Below are positions 46,783 to 56,107 of a DNA stretch of 64,000 nucleotides, one piece after another. Under the pieces are notes generated by a model. It saw only the letters and a program-made list of their open reading frames with translations. It was not told the DNA's origin and did not search any database. The translations under genes and the position numbers were made by a program. The stretch lies in contig CAZNJG010000024.1 in the NCBI GenBank assembly GCA_964573305.1, positions 81 to 64,080 of the forward strand, given 5' to 3'. Source of the stretch: an uncultured Opitutaceae bacterium (lineage in GTDB: Bacteria; Verrucomicrobiota; Verrucomicrobiia; Opitutales; Opitutaceae). Each line of letters opens with the position of its first letter. Position 1 is the first letter of the stretch.

Positions 46783-47724
46783 ATGGATACTTACCCGGTT
46801 TGGGCTTGGGCAGGCTTCGTCATCTTCATCGTGTGCATGCTGGCACTCGACCTCGGCGTGTTTCACAAAAGCGCCCGCGAAGTGAAAATGAAGGAGGCGC
46901 TCGGGTGGTGCGCCGTGTGGTTCAGCCTCGCGATGGCTTTTTGCGGCTTCGTTTATTGGGACCACGGCAAGATCCACGCCCAGCAATGGCTGGCCAGTTA
47001 TCTCGTCGAGTTGTGCCTGAGTGTGGACAACGTTTTCGTCTTCATCGTCATTTTCTCGTTCTTCAAGGTCGCCCCGGCCCACCAGCATCGCGTGCTCTTC
47101 TGGGGCATCGTCGGCGCCGCGGTCATGCGTGCGGTGTTCATCCTCCTCGGTGTCGAACTCCTCGAGCGCTTCCACTGGCTCATCTACATCTTCGGCGTCT
47201 TCCTCATCTTCACCGGTATCAAGATGGCGCTGCCGAAAAAGGAAGACTCCTTCGATCCCGAAAAAAACTGGGCCGTGCGGATGTTCCGCAAGTTCTACCC
47301 GGTATCCCCGCATTACGATGGCGGCCGCTTCTTCACCCACGTCAATGGCGTGAAAATGGCCACGCCGCTCTTCATCGTGCTCATCGTGATCGAAACGACC
47401 GACGTGGTCTTCGCGCTCGATTCCATCCCTGCGGTGCTCGCGCTCACCAAGAGCAGCTTCATCGCGTTTACTTCAAATATCTTCGCGATCCTCGGCCTGC
47501 GCTCGATGTACTTCGCGTTGAGCGGCGTGATGGGCCTGTTCCGTTTCCTCGGCGTCGGCCTCGCTATCATCCTCTCCTTCATCGGCACCAAGATGCTCAT
47601 TCACTCCTGGTACGCGATCAGCATCACCCAGTCGCTGAGCTTCATCGCCTTCGTCCTGACCGCTTCCGTCGTGGCGTCGATTCTCTTCAAAGAAAAGAAA
47701 GTCGCGCCCCACGACGCGGCCTGA
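46783..47724 (+). CDS. TerC/Alx family integral membrane protein
   Basis: WFSLAMAF..., LSVDNVFVFIVIF and ETTDVVFALDSIPAVLA are the duplicated TerC motifs. Confidence 0.85.
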   Translation: MDTYPVWAWAGFVIFIVCMLALDLGVFHKSAREVKMKEALGWCAVWFSLAMAFCGFVYWDHGKIHAQQWLASYLVELCLSVDNVFVFIVIFSFFKVAPAHQHRVLFWGIVGAAVMRAVFILLGVELLERFHWLIYIFGVFLIFTGIKMALPKKEDSFDPEKNWAVRMFRKFYPVSPHYDGGRFFTHVNGVKMATPLFIVLIVIETTDVVFALDSIPAVLALTKSSFIAFTSNIFAILGLRSMYFALSGVMGLFRFLGVGLAIILSFIGTKMLIHSWYAISITQSLSFIAFVLTASVVASILFKEKKVAPHDAA

Positions 47725-47735
47725 GCTACCACCGC

Positions 47736-48389
47736 TCAAGCCGGTGAATCGAGGCCCTCGCGTGCCGTCACGTAGCGGGCCTTGAACTCGTCGAGACTGC
47801 TCGCGCCGACACCGAGGTCGCGCAGCAGTCCGTCGTGCAATCCATAAAACCAGCCGTGAACGGTCAGCGGCTGCCCACGCTCCCACGCATCGCGCACGAT
47901 CGTCGTCTGGCACACATTCGCGACCTGCTCGATCACGTTGAGTTTGCAAAGGCGGTTCACCCGCTCGTCTTCCTCCGGGATCCGCTGGAGGCAACAGGTA
48001 TGCTGCTCCTTCACATCCTGCACATGCCGGATCCAGTTATCCACCAGACCGAGGCGGTCGCAGCGCAGAGCCGCGCGCACGCCGCCGCAGCCCGAGTGGC
48101 CGCAGACAATGATGTGTTTCACCTTCAACACATCGACGGCAAATTGCATCGCGGACAGGCAGTTCAGATCGGTGTGCACGACGACGTTTGCCACATTGCG
48201 ATGCACAAACACTTCGCCCGGCATCAGGCCGATCAGCTCGTTCGCCGGCACCCGGCTGTCAGAGCAACCGATCCACAAATAGTCCGGCTTTTGCTGCCGG
48301 GATAATTTCAGGAAAAACTCGGGATCTTGATCGCTGATCTGGGCGGCCCATGCGCGGTTCTGCTCCAACAAGTGCTTTATCTCGACCAT
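47736..48389 (-). CDS. can: Beta-class carbonic anhydrase
   Basis: It is close to E. coli Can along its length: LLEQNRAWAAQISDQDPEFFLKLSRQQKPDYLWIGCSDSRVPANELIGLMPGEVFVHRNVANVV...HIIVCGHSGCGGV. The start at 48389 was chosen because the ORF extension contains the hsp20 terminator. Confidence 0.88.
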   Translation of the reverse strand: MVEIKHLLEQNRAWAAQISDQDPEFFLKLSRQQKPDYLWIGCSDSRVPANELIGLMPGEVFVHRNVANVVVHTDLNCLSAMQFAVDVLKVKHIIVCGHSGCGGVRAALRCDRLGLVDNWIRHVQDVKEQHTCCLQRIPEEDERVNRLCKLNVIEQVANVCQTTIVRDAWERGQPLTVHGWFYGLHDGLLRDLGVGASSLDEFKARYVTAREGLDSPA

Positions 48390-48445
48390 TTCCGCCTGAT
48401 GGTCCGAGCCGGCGGGCCGATGTCCACACAAAGAAATGGACGCGC

Positions 48446-48477
48446 AAAAAAAAGCCGCGCCCGAAAAAGGCGCGGCT
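48446..48477 (-). terminator. Rho-independent terminator of the hsp20 pair
   Basis: On the minus strand, agccgcgcc-tttttcg-ggcgcggct is followed by tttttttt. It starts 27 nt after the stop at 48504. Confidence 0.85.
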
Positions 48478-48503
48478 CGCGGATGCGGATTTCGCAACGG
48501 AAG

Positions 48504-48914
48504 TTAGTTCACCGCGATCCGGCGCGGCTTGCGCGCCTCGGCTTTCGGGAGCGACACGCGCAGCACGCCGTCGGCGAGCTCCGCGACGATCTTGTCCGCA
48601 TCGATCGCGTGCTCATGCGCGAGCGACAGCTCGAACGGAACATCGCCCGACTCGCGATAAAGCTCGGTCCACTCCGCCGGCCGTTTCCACGCGCGATCGC
48701 CGCGAATGGTCAGCACGCCATCATCCTCGGTGATGGCGACGCCATCCTTGGCCACACCGGGCAGATGAACCGTGAGCCCCCAGGCATCGTCGGTCTCCTT
48801 GAGTTGATAGGCGGGGCGGACGCCGGGCTCGCGGTTTTCCGCAGACGCGACGGCGCTGTCACGCGAGGTCGCCGGACGTGCAAACGAAGGGATGAATTGA
48901 GTGAAGAGTGACAT
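48504..48914 (-). CDS. Hsp20/alpha-crystallin family small heat-shock protein
   Basis: Alpha-crystallin domain: WGLTVHLPGVAKDGVAITEDDGVLTIRGDR...ADGVLRVSLPKAEARKPRRIAV. SD AGGAGG lies upstream. Confidence 0.88.
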   Translation of the reverse strand: MSLFTQFIPSFARPATSRDSAVASAENREPGVRPAYQLKETDDAWGLTVHLPGVAKDGVAITEDDGVLTIRGDRAWKRPAEWTELYRESGDVPFELSLAHEHAIDADKIVAELADGVLRVSLPKAEARKPRRIAVN

Positions 48915-48970
48915 GGTAATTTCCTCCTGTGTGATCGTGTAGTTTAATTTTGAATACGGAGCGAAACGGG

Positions 48971-49426
48971 TCAGTTGACCGACACGCTGATCTTGCGCGG
49001 CTTCGCTTCTTCCTTCTTCGGCAGCGTCACGGTGAGCACACCGTTTTCGTAGGTGGCGGTCACGCGATCGGCCTGCACATTGTCCGGCACGCTCACCGAG
49101 CGGCTGAACGAGACCGCTTCTTCGCGCCCCGTGTCCGCCTCCTGGTTCCGGCGCTCCGCACTGAGGGTGAGATACCCGTCGAGGTACTCGACCTGGATCG
49201 CTTCGCGTGCGACGCCCGGGAGTTCGGCGCGGACGTAGGTGTTGTCTTTGTCCTCGTAGAGATCGACCGGGAAACGACGGGTCGCAGGCGAGCCCACGAC
49301 ATCGTTAAGTGCCGCTTCGAACAGGCGCTCGATTTGCGTTTCGAGGCCCGTCCATGGATTGACGCGAAAGCTCGCGGAGGCGGGGGCAATGCGCGTGTTG
49401 GGATAGTTGTAACGTAGGATGCTCAT
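48971..49426 (-). CDS. Hsp20/alpha-crystallin family small heat-shock protein
   Basis: VDLYEDKDNTYVRAELPGVAREAIQVEYLDGYLTLSAER...YENGVLTVTLPKKEEAKPRKISV. SD AAGGAG lies upstream. Confidence 0.88.
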   Translation of the reverse strand: MSILRYNYPNTRIAPASASFRVNPWTGLETQIERLFEAALNDVVGSPATRRFPVDLYEDKDNTYVRAELPGVAREAIQVEYLDGYLTLSAERRNQEADTGREEAVSFSRSVSVPDNVQADRVTATYENGVLTVTLPKKEEAKPRKISVSVN

Positions 49427-49671
49427 GATGGTTCTCCTTGGAGTGTGTTGGTGGTTGTTTCGTCTGACTGACTTTTAACCGCTGTTCGGTTGCCTCCATC
49501 ATAGCTAACGAGATGCCGGCCGCGTCCCGGCACTAAGTATTTGATTTTTCGATACTTGATTTCGCACCCCGCCAACGACCGGGAAATAATGTCCTTCCCG
49601 CTGTCTCACCCTCCGGGAAATTTCGTCACGATGCCAACCGCGGCTCCTGCCCGAGAGCGCGCGCGAGCCGC

Positions 49672-50694
49672 TCAATACTTCACGCCGACTTCCGCCAGCC
49701 AGCGGTCGAGCGTCGCGAGATTTCCGAGCGTATCGTCGAGCGACATCTGCGCGACCTCGCGGTCTCCATCCGCCCAGGCTTTCGCAAAAAGATCCGCCTC
49801 TACCGCGTAAAGCGGAAGCGGAGATTTCACCACGATCGCTTCCGGCACCGCCGCCGTCTGACGATGTAACCACAGCGTGGTGTCTCCACCATGCCGCGCC
49901 GGATGCCAGGGCGACGGCACATGCAGCCAGCCTTCGGATCCGTAGATGCGCACGCCGACTTCCTGTCGCAGCGCCACGCCCGTGGACAACACGCCGACCA
50001 TGCCATTGTCGAACTTCGCCACGGCCGCCGCATACATATCGGTTCCCGCTTCGGGATGCACATGGCCCACGCCGTGAAAATCCACGGGATCGGCAAAGGG
50101 CTTCCCCTCCATCGCGCCCGCCACCAATCGCGCAAACGACACCGGATAACAACCCACGTCGAGGATGCCGCCTCCGCCGAGCGCCTTGGAAAACTGCCGG
50201 CCCGCCGGATCGTACGGACGCGCAAATCCAAACGCCGCCTGCACCATGCCCACGCGCCCGAGCGCGCCTTCACGCACGAGCTCGACGACTTTCGCGGTCT
50301 GCGCCGTGCAGCGGTACATAAACGCTTCCATGAACAACACTCCCTTCGCGCGCGCCGCCGCCACCATGCGTTCGCCTTCGGCGTGATTCATCCCAAGCGG
50401 TTTTTCGCAAAGCACGGCTTTGCCCGCCTCGATCGCCTTCAACGCCCATTCGAGATGCTGCGGATGCGGCGTCCCGATATAAACCGCCTGCACGTCCGTG
50501 TCCGCCAGCAACGCTTCATACGATCCGTGCGCGCGCATCTGGCCACCGTGAGCCGCGGCAAACTTATCGGCCGCTTCTTGCGTGCGACTCCCCACCGCCA
50601 CGATCCGGCTTCGTTCCGACTTCGCCACATCCACCGCAAACTCCGACGCGATCCGGCCCGTGCTGATGATTCCCCAATTTAAACGTGTGCTCAT
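49672..50694 (-). CDS. Gfo/Idh/MocA family NAD(P)-dependent oxidoreductase
   Basis: The N-terminal Rossmann motif is LNWGIISTGRIASEF, followed by AVLCEKP and the family C-terminal domain. Confidence 0.8.
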   Translation of the reverse strand: MSTRLNWGIISTGRIASEFAVDVAKSERSRIVAVGSRTQEAADKFAAAHGGQMRAHGSYEALLADTDVQAVYIGTPHPQHLEWALKAIEAGKAVLCEKPLGMNHAEGERMVAAARAKGVLFMEAFMYRCTAQTAKVVELVREGALGRVGMVQAAFGFARPYDPAGRQFSKALGGGGILDVGCYPVSFARLVAGAMEGKPFADPVDFHGVGHVHPEAGTDMYAAAVAKFDNGMVGVLSTGVALRQEVGVRIYGSEGWLHVPSPWHPARHGGDTTLWLHRQTAAVPEAIVVKSPLPLYAVEADLFAKAWADGDREVAQMSLDDTLGNLATLDRWLAEVGVKY

Positions 50695-50845
50695 GGCACC
50701 GTTCTTGAGGACGTTTTTGTTTAATTGCACGCCTGCTCACCGCCCGGAAGCCGTCGTTCGCAAAAAATTCCGTGCCCAATCCCGAGCACCGTGTTTCATT
50801 GCGCGCCCATCTCTCGCCCATCGCCTTCAGCCCTTCGCCACCCTC

Positions 50846-52006
50846 ATGCGCTTCGATTTCGACACCGTCCCACAACGCCTCGGCACCGACTCCCAGAAAT
50901 GGCAGAAGTACGAGGGCAAAGACATCCTCCCGCTGTGGGTGGCCGACATGGATTTTCGCTCCTCGCCCGCCATCATCGACGCACTCCACCGCCGCGTGGA
51001 CCACGGTATTTTCGGTTACGCGCGCCCAACCAAATCCGAAGTCTCGGCCGTCGTGGATGCCCTCGCGCGACGTTACGGCTGGACCATCGATCCGTCATGG
51101 CTCGTCTGGCTCCCCGGCCTCGTGTGCGGTCTCAACGTCACCGCCCAAGCCTTCGCGCAACCCGGCGAACAAGTGCTCTGCAACACGCCCGTGTATCCGC
51201 CGTTCATGACAGCCCCGCGCAACTCCGGCCGCGAGTCCGTCACCGTGCCGCTCGCACTCGATTCCGCCGCCCGCCGCTGGGAAATCGACTGGGACGCCAT
51301 GGAGCGCGCCATCACGCCGCGCACGAAATTGTTTTTCCTCTGCAATCCGCACAACCCCGTCGCCCGCGTTTTCCGCCGCGACGAACTCGAGCGCATCGGC
51401 GAATTCTGCCTGCGCCATAATCTCATCCTCTGCTCCGACGAGATCCACTGCGACCTCATCCTCGACGACATCCCGCATACACCGACCGGCCTCCTCGGAG
51501 ACGAAATCGCCAGCCGCACCGTCACGCTCATGGCGCCGAGCAAGACCTTCAACGTCCCCGGGCTCGGCACGTCTTTCGCGATCATCAGCAACCCGCAACT
51601 TCGCGCGACCTTCGTTCGCGCCACCGCCGGCATCGTCGCCGAAGTCACCACGCTCGGTTTCGCCGCCTGCGAAGCCGCGTATCGAGACAGCGAAGACTGG
51701 CGCCAAGGCCTGCTGGCGTACCTGCGTGGCAACCGCGATTTCCTCCTCGATTTCACCGCCCGCGAACTTCCCGGCATGAAGATCGAAGCGCCCATCGAGG
51801 CCACCTACCTGGCTTGGTTTAACATCGAACCACTCGGCCTCGCCGATCCCGTCGGCCATTTCGAAAAACACGGCGTCGGCCTGAGCGAAGGCGCGTTCTT
51901 CGGCACTCCGCGCGGCAAAAACATCCGCCTGAATTTCGGCTGCCCCCGCGCCACGCTCACCGAAGCCCTCACGCGCATGAAGCGCGCCGTCGAAGCCGCC
52001 CGCTGA
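50846..52006 (+). CDS. PatB/MalY-type PLP-dependent aminotransferase / cystathionine beta-lyase
   Basis: The N-terminal signature is FDFDTVPQRLGTDSQKWQKY...ILPLWVADMDFRSSPAIIDAL..GIFGY. The PLP lysine region is MAPSKTFNVPG. Confidence 0.8.
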   Translation: MRFDFDTVPQRLGTDSQKWQKYEGKDILPLWVADMDFRSSPAIIDALHRRVDHGIFGYARPTKSEVSAVVDALARRYGWTIDPSWLVWLPGLVCGLNVTAQAFAQPGEQVLCNTPVYPPFMTAPRNSGRESVTVPLALDSAARRWEIDWDAMERAITPRTKLFFLCNPHNPVARVFRRDELERIGEFCLRHNLILCSDEIHCDLILDDIPHTPTGLLGDEIASRTVTLMAPSKTFNVPGLGTSFAIISNPQLRATFVRATAGIVAEVTTLGFAACEAAYRDSEDWRQGLLAYLRGNRDFLLDFTARELPGMKIEAPIEATYLAWFNIEPLGLADPVGHFEKHGVGLSEGAFFGTPRGKNIRLNFGCPRATLTEALTRMKRAVEAAR

Positions 52007-52017
52007 CTGCTGGGAGC

Positions 52018-52046
52018 GCCGACGTCCCCGTCGGCTTCTTCCTCTT
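52018..52046 (+). terminator. Hairpin plus T-rich tract after the aminotransferase gene
   Basis: gccgacg-tccc-cgtcggc is followed by ttcttcctctttcg. Confidence 0.45.
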
Positions 52047-52088
52047 TCGTCCGTCCCGCACGCGCCATCCGCACGGATACGTTCAGAA

Positions 52089-52113
52089 AAGTGTCACGTA
52101 ATACGTGACACTT
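52089..52113. repeat. Palindrome AAGTGTCACGT-AAT-ACGTGACACTT (copy 2 of 2)
   Basis: It is identical over 26 nt (52088-52113) to 36565-36590. It lies about 105 nt upstream of the fatty-acid hydroxylase gene. Confidence 0.9.
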
Positions 52114-52219
52114 CCCGGCGGCATCCGCGGAAGAAGTCAGCAGCGCCCAACGGCAGGAAGAGTAGCTCCAACGACTTCCGGCTTTTCGATTACGCCGCGA
52201 GCGTGCAGCGTTTCAACGC

Positions 52220-53050
52220 ATGTTACTCCTCCTGCTGATCGGGATCGCGGCCGGGTTTTTCATCGTCGAACGGCTTTGGCCTGCCAACCAACTCCCCAAA
52301 GTCCGCGCGTGGTGGCCACGCGTTGTCCTCGTGAATGTCATCCAGGTCGCGATCATCCTGCTCGCCGGTGTCACGTGGGATCTGTGGCTGCGCGCCTGGT
52401 CGCTTTTCGAGCTTCGCACGGTTTTTGGCGAAAGCACCGGCGGCGTCATCGCGCAGGGTGCGGTCGCGTATTTTGTGTCCACGTTCGTTTATTATTGGTG
52501 GCACCGCTGGCGGCACGAATCCGCGTTCTTCTGGCGGTTGTGTCATCAACTGCACCACTCGCCCGCCCGCATCGAGTTGATCACGTCGTTCTACAAACAC
52601 CCGGTCGAGATCACGATCAATTCACTCATCAGCGCGGGCATCGTTTACGCATTGCTCGGCTGCTCGCCCGCCTCCGGCGCCGTGTACACGTTTCTCACCG
52701 CCATCGCGGAGTATTTTTATCACTGGAATATCCGCACGCCGCACTGGCTCGGCCGCCTCATCCAGCGGCCCGAATCGCACCGCGTGCATCATCAGTACAA
52801 TCACCACACCCACAACTACGCGGACCTGCCGCTGTGGGACATGCTCTTCAAAACGTTCCGCAATCCCCGCGAGCCGATCGTTCGCTGCGGTTACGACGAC
52901 TGGCGCGAAGATCGTTTCGACGACATGCTCGCCTTCCGCGATGTGCACACACCCGGCGCCGAAAAACTCGCTCCGCTTCACCTGCTGCCCACCTGCATCG
53001 GCTGCTCGAAACGCTGGGCCTGCGCCGAGGCTCGCGAAGTCATCAAATAA
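52220..53050 (+). CDS. Fatty acid hydroxylase / sterol desaturase superfamily membrane protein
   Basis: Histidine boxes HRWRHE, HQLHHS and HRVHHQYNHHTHNY. Confidence 0.8.
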   Translation: MLLLLLIGIAAGFFIVERLWPANQLPKVRAWWPRVVLVNVIQVAIILLAGVTWDLWLRAWSLFELRTVFGESTGGVIAQGAVAYFVSTFVYYWWHRWRHESAFFWRLCHQLHHSPARIELITSFYKHPVEITINSLISAGIVYALLGCSPASGAVYTFLTAIAEYFYHWNIRTPHWLGRLIQRPESHRVHHQYNHHTHNYADLPLWDMLFKTFRNPREPIVRCGYDDWREDRFDDMLAFRDVHTPGAEKLAPLHLLPTCIGCSKRWACAEAREVIK

Positions 53051-53108
53051 CGTTGGTACACGCCATGCCAGCGCGACGCGCACGGCGTGACATGCCGGCG
53101 CGCGTTGA

Positions 53109-54383
53109 TCAGCGCAGTATCCGCTCCGCCCACGAGGGCTCGGGAAGCGGCGTCGGTCGATATTCGCCAAAGAGTCGATAGCGTGTGCGCGCGACAAACT
53201 TGTACAACGCATCGCGCCCGCGCCGGGGCAGCACGCGCAACCACGAGACAACACGCGAGATTCCGCCGAGCGTATCCAAGACTGCGGCCACGCCGTCGGT
53301 TCGCAGAAAATAATCATGACCTTCGCGCCAGTTTTCCCGATCGGCGCGATCGATGTCGGGAATGAAAACCAGGCTGTCAAAGTCGTCTGTATCCATTTTC
53401 TGACTACGCAAGAACGCCTGGCCCGTCTCACCTTGCAGTGGCGCAAAGCGGAGCACCGCGCCGGTATCTTCGCGCAGGATCAAGCGCAGCACCGCGTTGC
53501 ACAGGCCGCATTCGCCATCGTAGAGCAGCACCGGCTGGCGCCCGGCTCCGGCTTTACGCGCCGGCAGCCACTCCGGATCGAAGGTGAACAAATGGATCAT
53601 GATCATGCCCAGGCTCAGGTCCGCGAAGTCCACCATGAGAATGATCCCGAGATGCATCGCCACCATCGCACTCCACACGGCCAGCCGTCCGCGCCGCCAC
53701 AGACTGAGCGGCAGGAAAAGGATTTCCGCGGCGAGGATCGTCCAGGTCAGCGCCGCGTGTATCCACGCCGGCATGACAAGAAACACGTCGCGCACCCAGC
53801 CGGGTCGCGCGAGCGGGTTGTCGATCAGGTGATGAAACGCCGTGCCATCGACCCAGCTCGGGCTCCAGAGTTTGACGACGCCGCTAAAGGTGTATCCCGC
53901 CGCCATCAAAAACCACGCGCCGGCATACACCCAGAACGGGAAAAACCAGTCGCCGGGTTTCACGGTTTTTCCCCGCCACCTCAGTGGCTCGCCATCCGGC
54001 ACGATCGCGAGAAAAAGCAGGATCATGCCGATGTACGGCAGCGAGGGATTCGCGATGAGGTTGTTGCGATTGAACAACGCCGCCCATCCAAACCAAAGCA
54101 GCAGCGAAACCGTGCGCCGCCGCCAGCCGGCCGCTAACAACCCCGCGAGCACGGCGAGTGTCGCGATGAATCCCGTCGCAAACGCCGGCGACGGCCACCA
54201 CACGAGCGGATTGGGAAAAAGTCCGTGCGTCGGATTGAGCGAGGGATCTGCGAGCGCACCCGCGCCGCTGAAGAGTTCTCCCGCGTACGGAATCAGCACC
54301 GTGTAGTGCCAGAACAAATACAGACCAAGGATGATCCGGAACAGCGTGAACTGACCGGGTGAAAACGGTTTTACTGAGCGCAT
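53109..54383 (-). CDS. Fusion of an HTTM-like polytopic membrane domain and a DCC-family (DUF393) thiol-disulfide oxidoreductase domain
   Basis: The N-terminal FTLFRIILGLYLFWHY... and ...ALFNRNNLIANPSLPYIGMILLFLAIVP, over about 8 TM segments, follow the HTTM pattern. The C-terminal VLLYDGECGLCNAVLRLIL...LRFAPLQGETGQ is the DCC CxxC signature. Confidence 0.65.
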   Translation of the reverse strand: MRSVKPFSPGQFTLFRIILGLYLFWHYTVLIPYAGELFSGAGALADPSLNPTHGLFPNPLVWWPSPAFATGFIATLAVLAGLLAAGWRRRTVSLLLWFGWAALFNRNNLIANPSLPYIGMILLFLAIVPDGEPLRWRGKTVKPGDWFFPFWVYAGAWFLMAAGYTFSGVVKLWSPSWVDGTAFHHLIDNPLARPGWVRDVFLVMPAWIHAALTWTILAAEILFLPLSLWRRGRLAVWSAMVAMHLGIILMVDFADLSLGMIMIHLFTFDPEWLPARKAGAGRQPVLLYDGECGLCNAVLRLILREDTGAVLRFAPLQGETGQAFLRSQKMDTDDFDSLVFIPDIDRADRENWREGHDYFLRTDGVAAVLDTLGGISRVVSWLRVLPRRGRDALYKFVARTRYRLFGEYRPTPLPEPSWAERILR

Positions 54384-54856
54384 GCCGGGGAGAGTTGCCA
54401 GACGTCGCTGCGGCCTTTTGTGCGGGTGCGAATCGTCACCGTGATGTCTTGCGCATCCGGGGACACACCAAACTCACGACGCAACACCCCGTCCGCTTTA
54501 AACGCGTAACAAAACACCGAGGTCCACAGCGGCTCCGGCATGCGCGGTGCATACGCGAGCGCGGCACCGTACACATTGCGTCGATTGTATGGTCCGCCGA
54601 GCTGTCCATACAGCTCGGGCGTGAGCGGCAGCGATCTCGCCGAACCATCCGGTTCGCGCCAGCTCAGCTCGAAGGTGGATGCGAACGTTTCCAAGCCATC
54701 CACATCCGAAAACACTTTCGGAAACGGGGCCGCACAACTCGCCGCACCGATGCCGCGCAGTGCGCGCGATTCCATCATGTAGCCGAGCATTTGCGTGCAA
54801 CCGAGCAGGGTCACGAGCAGCGCCATTATGTTGGCGCGCGATGTTGGGGCGGACAT
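54371..54856 (-). CDS. Hypothetical lipoprotein (161 aa), overlapping the downstream HTTM/DCC gene by 13 nt
   Basis: It has a lipobox-like N-terminus (MALLVTLLGC). I recognise no family. Confidence 0.5.
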   Translation of the reverse strand: MSAPTSRANIMALLVTLLGCTQMLGYMMESRALRGIGAASCAAPFPKVFSDVDGLETFASTFELSWREPDGSARSLPLTPELYGQLGGPYNRRNVYGAALAYAPRMPEPLWTSVFCYAFKADGVLRREFGVSPDAQDITVTIRTRTKGRSDVWQLSPACAQ

Positions 54857-55053
54857 GGCGTGCAGTTTTCAGCACGCGCTTCCGCCGCCAATCTCAAAAC
54901 GCCAGCAGCCGTTACGGCCACGCGCCTTCGCAGTTATTCGTAGTCACTTTTGCGAACACGCGCGGCGTTGAATTTTGCCAGCACCGTGCCCAGTGAACTA
55001 GGCGGGCGGACTCGCCGTCCTCACGTCGCCAACCAATCAACCTCCCGCTCCAC

Positions 55054-55557
55054 ATGAAACTGCCCCGACACCTCCGTTTCGTTCTCGTCACACTGAGCCT
55101 CGCCGCCGCCACGCACCCGCTTCATGCGCAAGCCGGCGACGTCGTCGTCACCAACGACCCGGTGAGCATCCTCTCGGTTACGAACGCCACCCTCACCGTG
55201 CCAGATCCTGCGGCCGGCGCGATCAAGGGTGGCACAGGCATCAACAGCGGCGCTGGTCCCGTCCTGCGCATCACCACCAACCAGACCAATCGCAAGATCA
55301 CGGTCTCGCGCAATACGCTGCCGGCCGGCGCCTCTTTCACGGTCGCCCTCGGTGCGCACTCCAGCTCCTTCACCGGCGGCACGGAAACAACCGTCACCAC
55401 ATCCGCCGCCGATTTCATCACGGGCATCAGCAATCTCGCCTCCAACGAGCACGACGCCTCCGGCATTCCGCTCGTGTACAAACTCACTCTCGGCGAAAAC
55501 ACGCCCTCCGGCGGATTCACGGTTACCGTCACCTACACGATCGAAGCCGGCAGCTGA
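55054..55557 (+). CDS. Small secreted beta-rich protein (167 aa), pilin/WxL-like candidate
   Basis: Signal peptide MKLPRHLRFVLVTLSLAAATHPLHA. It is Thr/Ser/Gly-rich with alternating strands and ends in TVTVTYTIEAGS. Confidence 0.6.
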   Translation: MKLPRHLRFVLVTLSLAAATHPLHAQAGDVVVTNDPVSILSVTNATLTVPDPAAGAIKGGTGINSGAGPVLRITTNQTNRKITVSRNTLPAGASFTVALGAHSSSFTGGTETTVTTSAADFITGISNLASNEHDASGIPLVYKLTLGENTPSGGFTVTVTYTIEAGS

Positions 55558-55636
55558 CCGCAACGCGGCGTCTCTCTGCCCATCCGCCGCACCGCCCATG
55601 TCCGCGAGGCGCGTTGTTCCGACCGGCCGGTCTCCG

Positions 55637-56107
55637 ATGGCGCGTCTTCGCTTTGCACTCATGGCGGCGCTGGTCGGTGCCGGCGTGGATCTTTCGCTGC
55701 ACGCCGCCGGCAACATCACCGTCTTCGATGGCACCCAGTCGCGCGTCGTCGGTCTCGCCGATCTCGCAGGAGGCGCCGGCGCGAATTACCACAACTCGCT
55801 GGTCTTCGCTTCGACCTTCACCTTGCGCGTCAGCTCCAGCGGACCGTGCCAGCTGTGGGTGCGTCGTCAGGACACGGGCACATGGCTCTCCGCAGGCGAA
55901 CTTCAGGTGCGTATCCTCCGCATCGGCGACAACCTCGATCCGCGCGAGCCGATCACCTTGAGCCCGACCGATTCACCGCTGACCGAGAGCGCCGTCCCGC
56001 TCGACAACCAACTCTACGAGCTGCGTTACCAACTGGAAAATTTCTCCGCGCAAAACTCCCCGGGCAGCTACGCGACCCAGGTCGTTTTCACGCTCACCGA
56101 CGCATGA
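55637..56107 (+). CDS. Small secreted beta-rich protein (156 aa), pilin/WxL-like candidate
   Basis: Signal peptide MARLRFALMAALVGAGVDLSLHA (an alternative ATG lies at 55598). It ends in ATQVVFTLTDA, and its stop overlaps the next ATG (ATGA at 56104-56107). Confidence 0.6.
   Translation: MARLRFALMAALVGAGVDLSLHAAGNITVFDGTQSRVVGLADLAGGAGANYHNSLVFASTFTLRVSSSGPCQLWVRRQDTGTWLSAGELQVRILRIGDNLDPREPITLSPTDSPLTESAVPLDNQLYELRYQLENFSAQNSPGSYATQVVFTLTDA

Noticed and set aside
49427-49671. CIRCE (HrcA) operator or ROSE-type RNA thermometer upstream of hsp20.
   Set aside because: ttagtgccgg...gccggcat only superficially resembles TTAGCACTC-N9-GAGTGCTAA, and the arms are not complementary. No anti-SD stretch (UCCUU) pairing with the AAGGAG was found.
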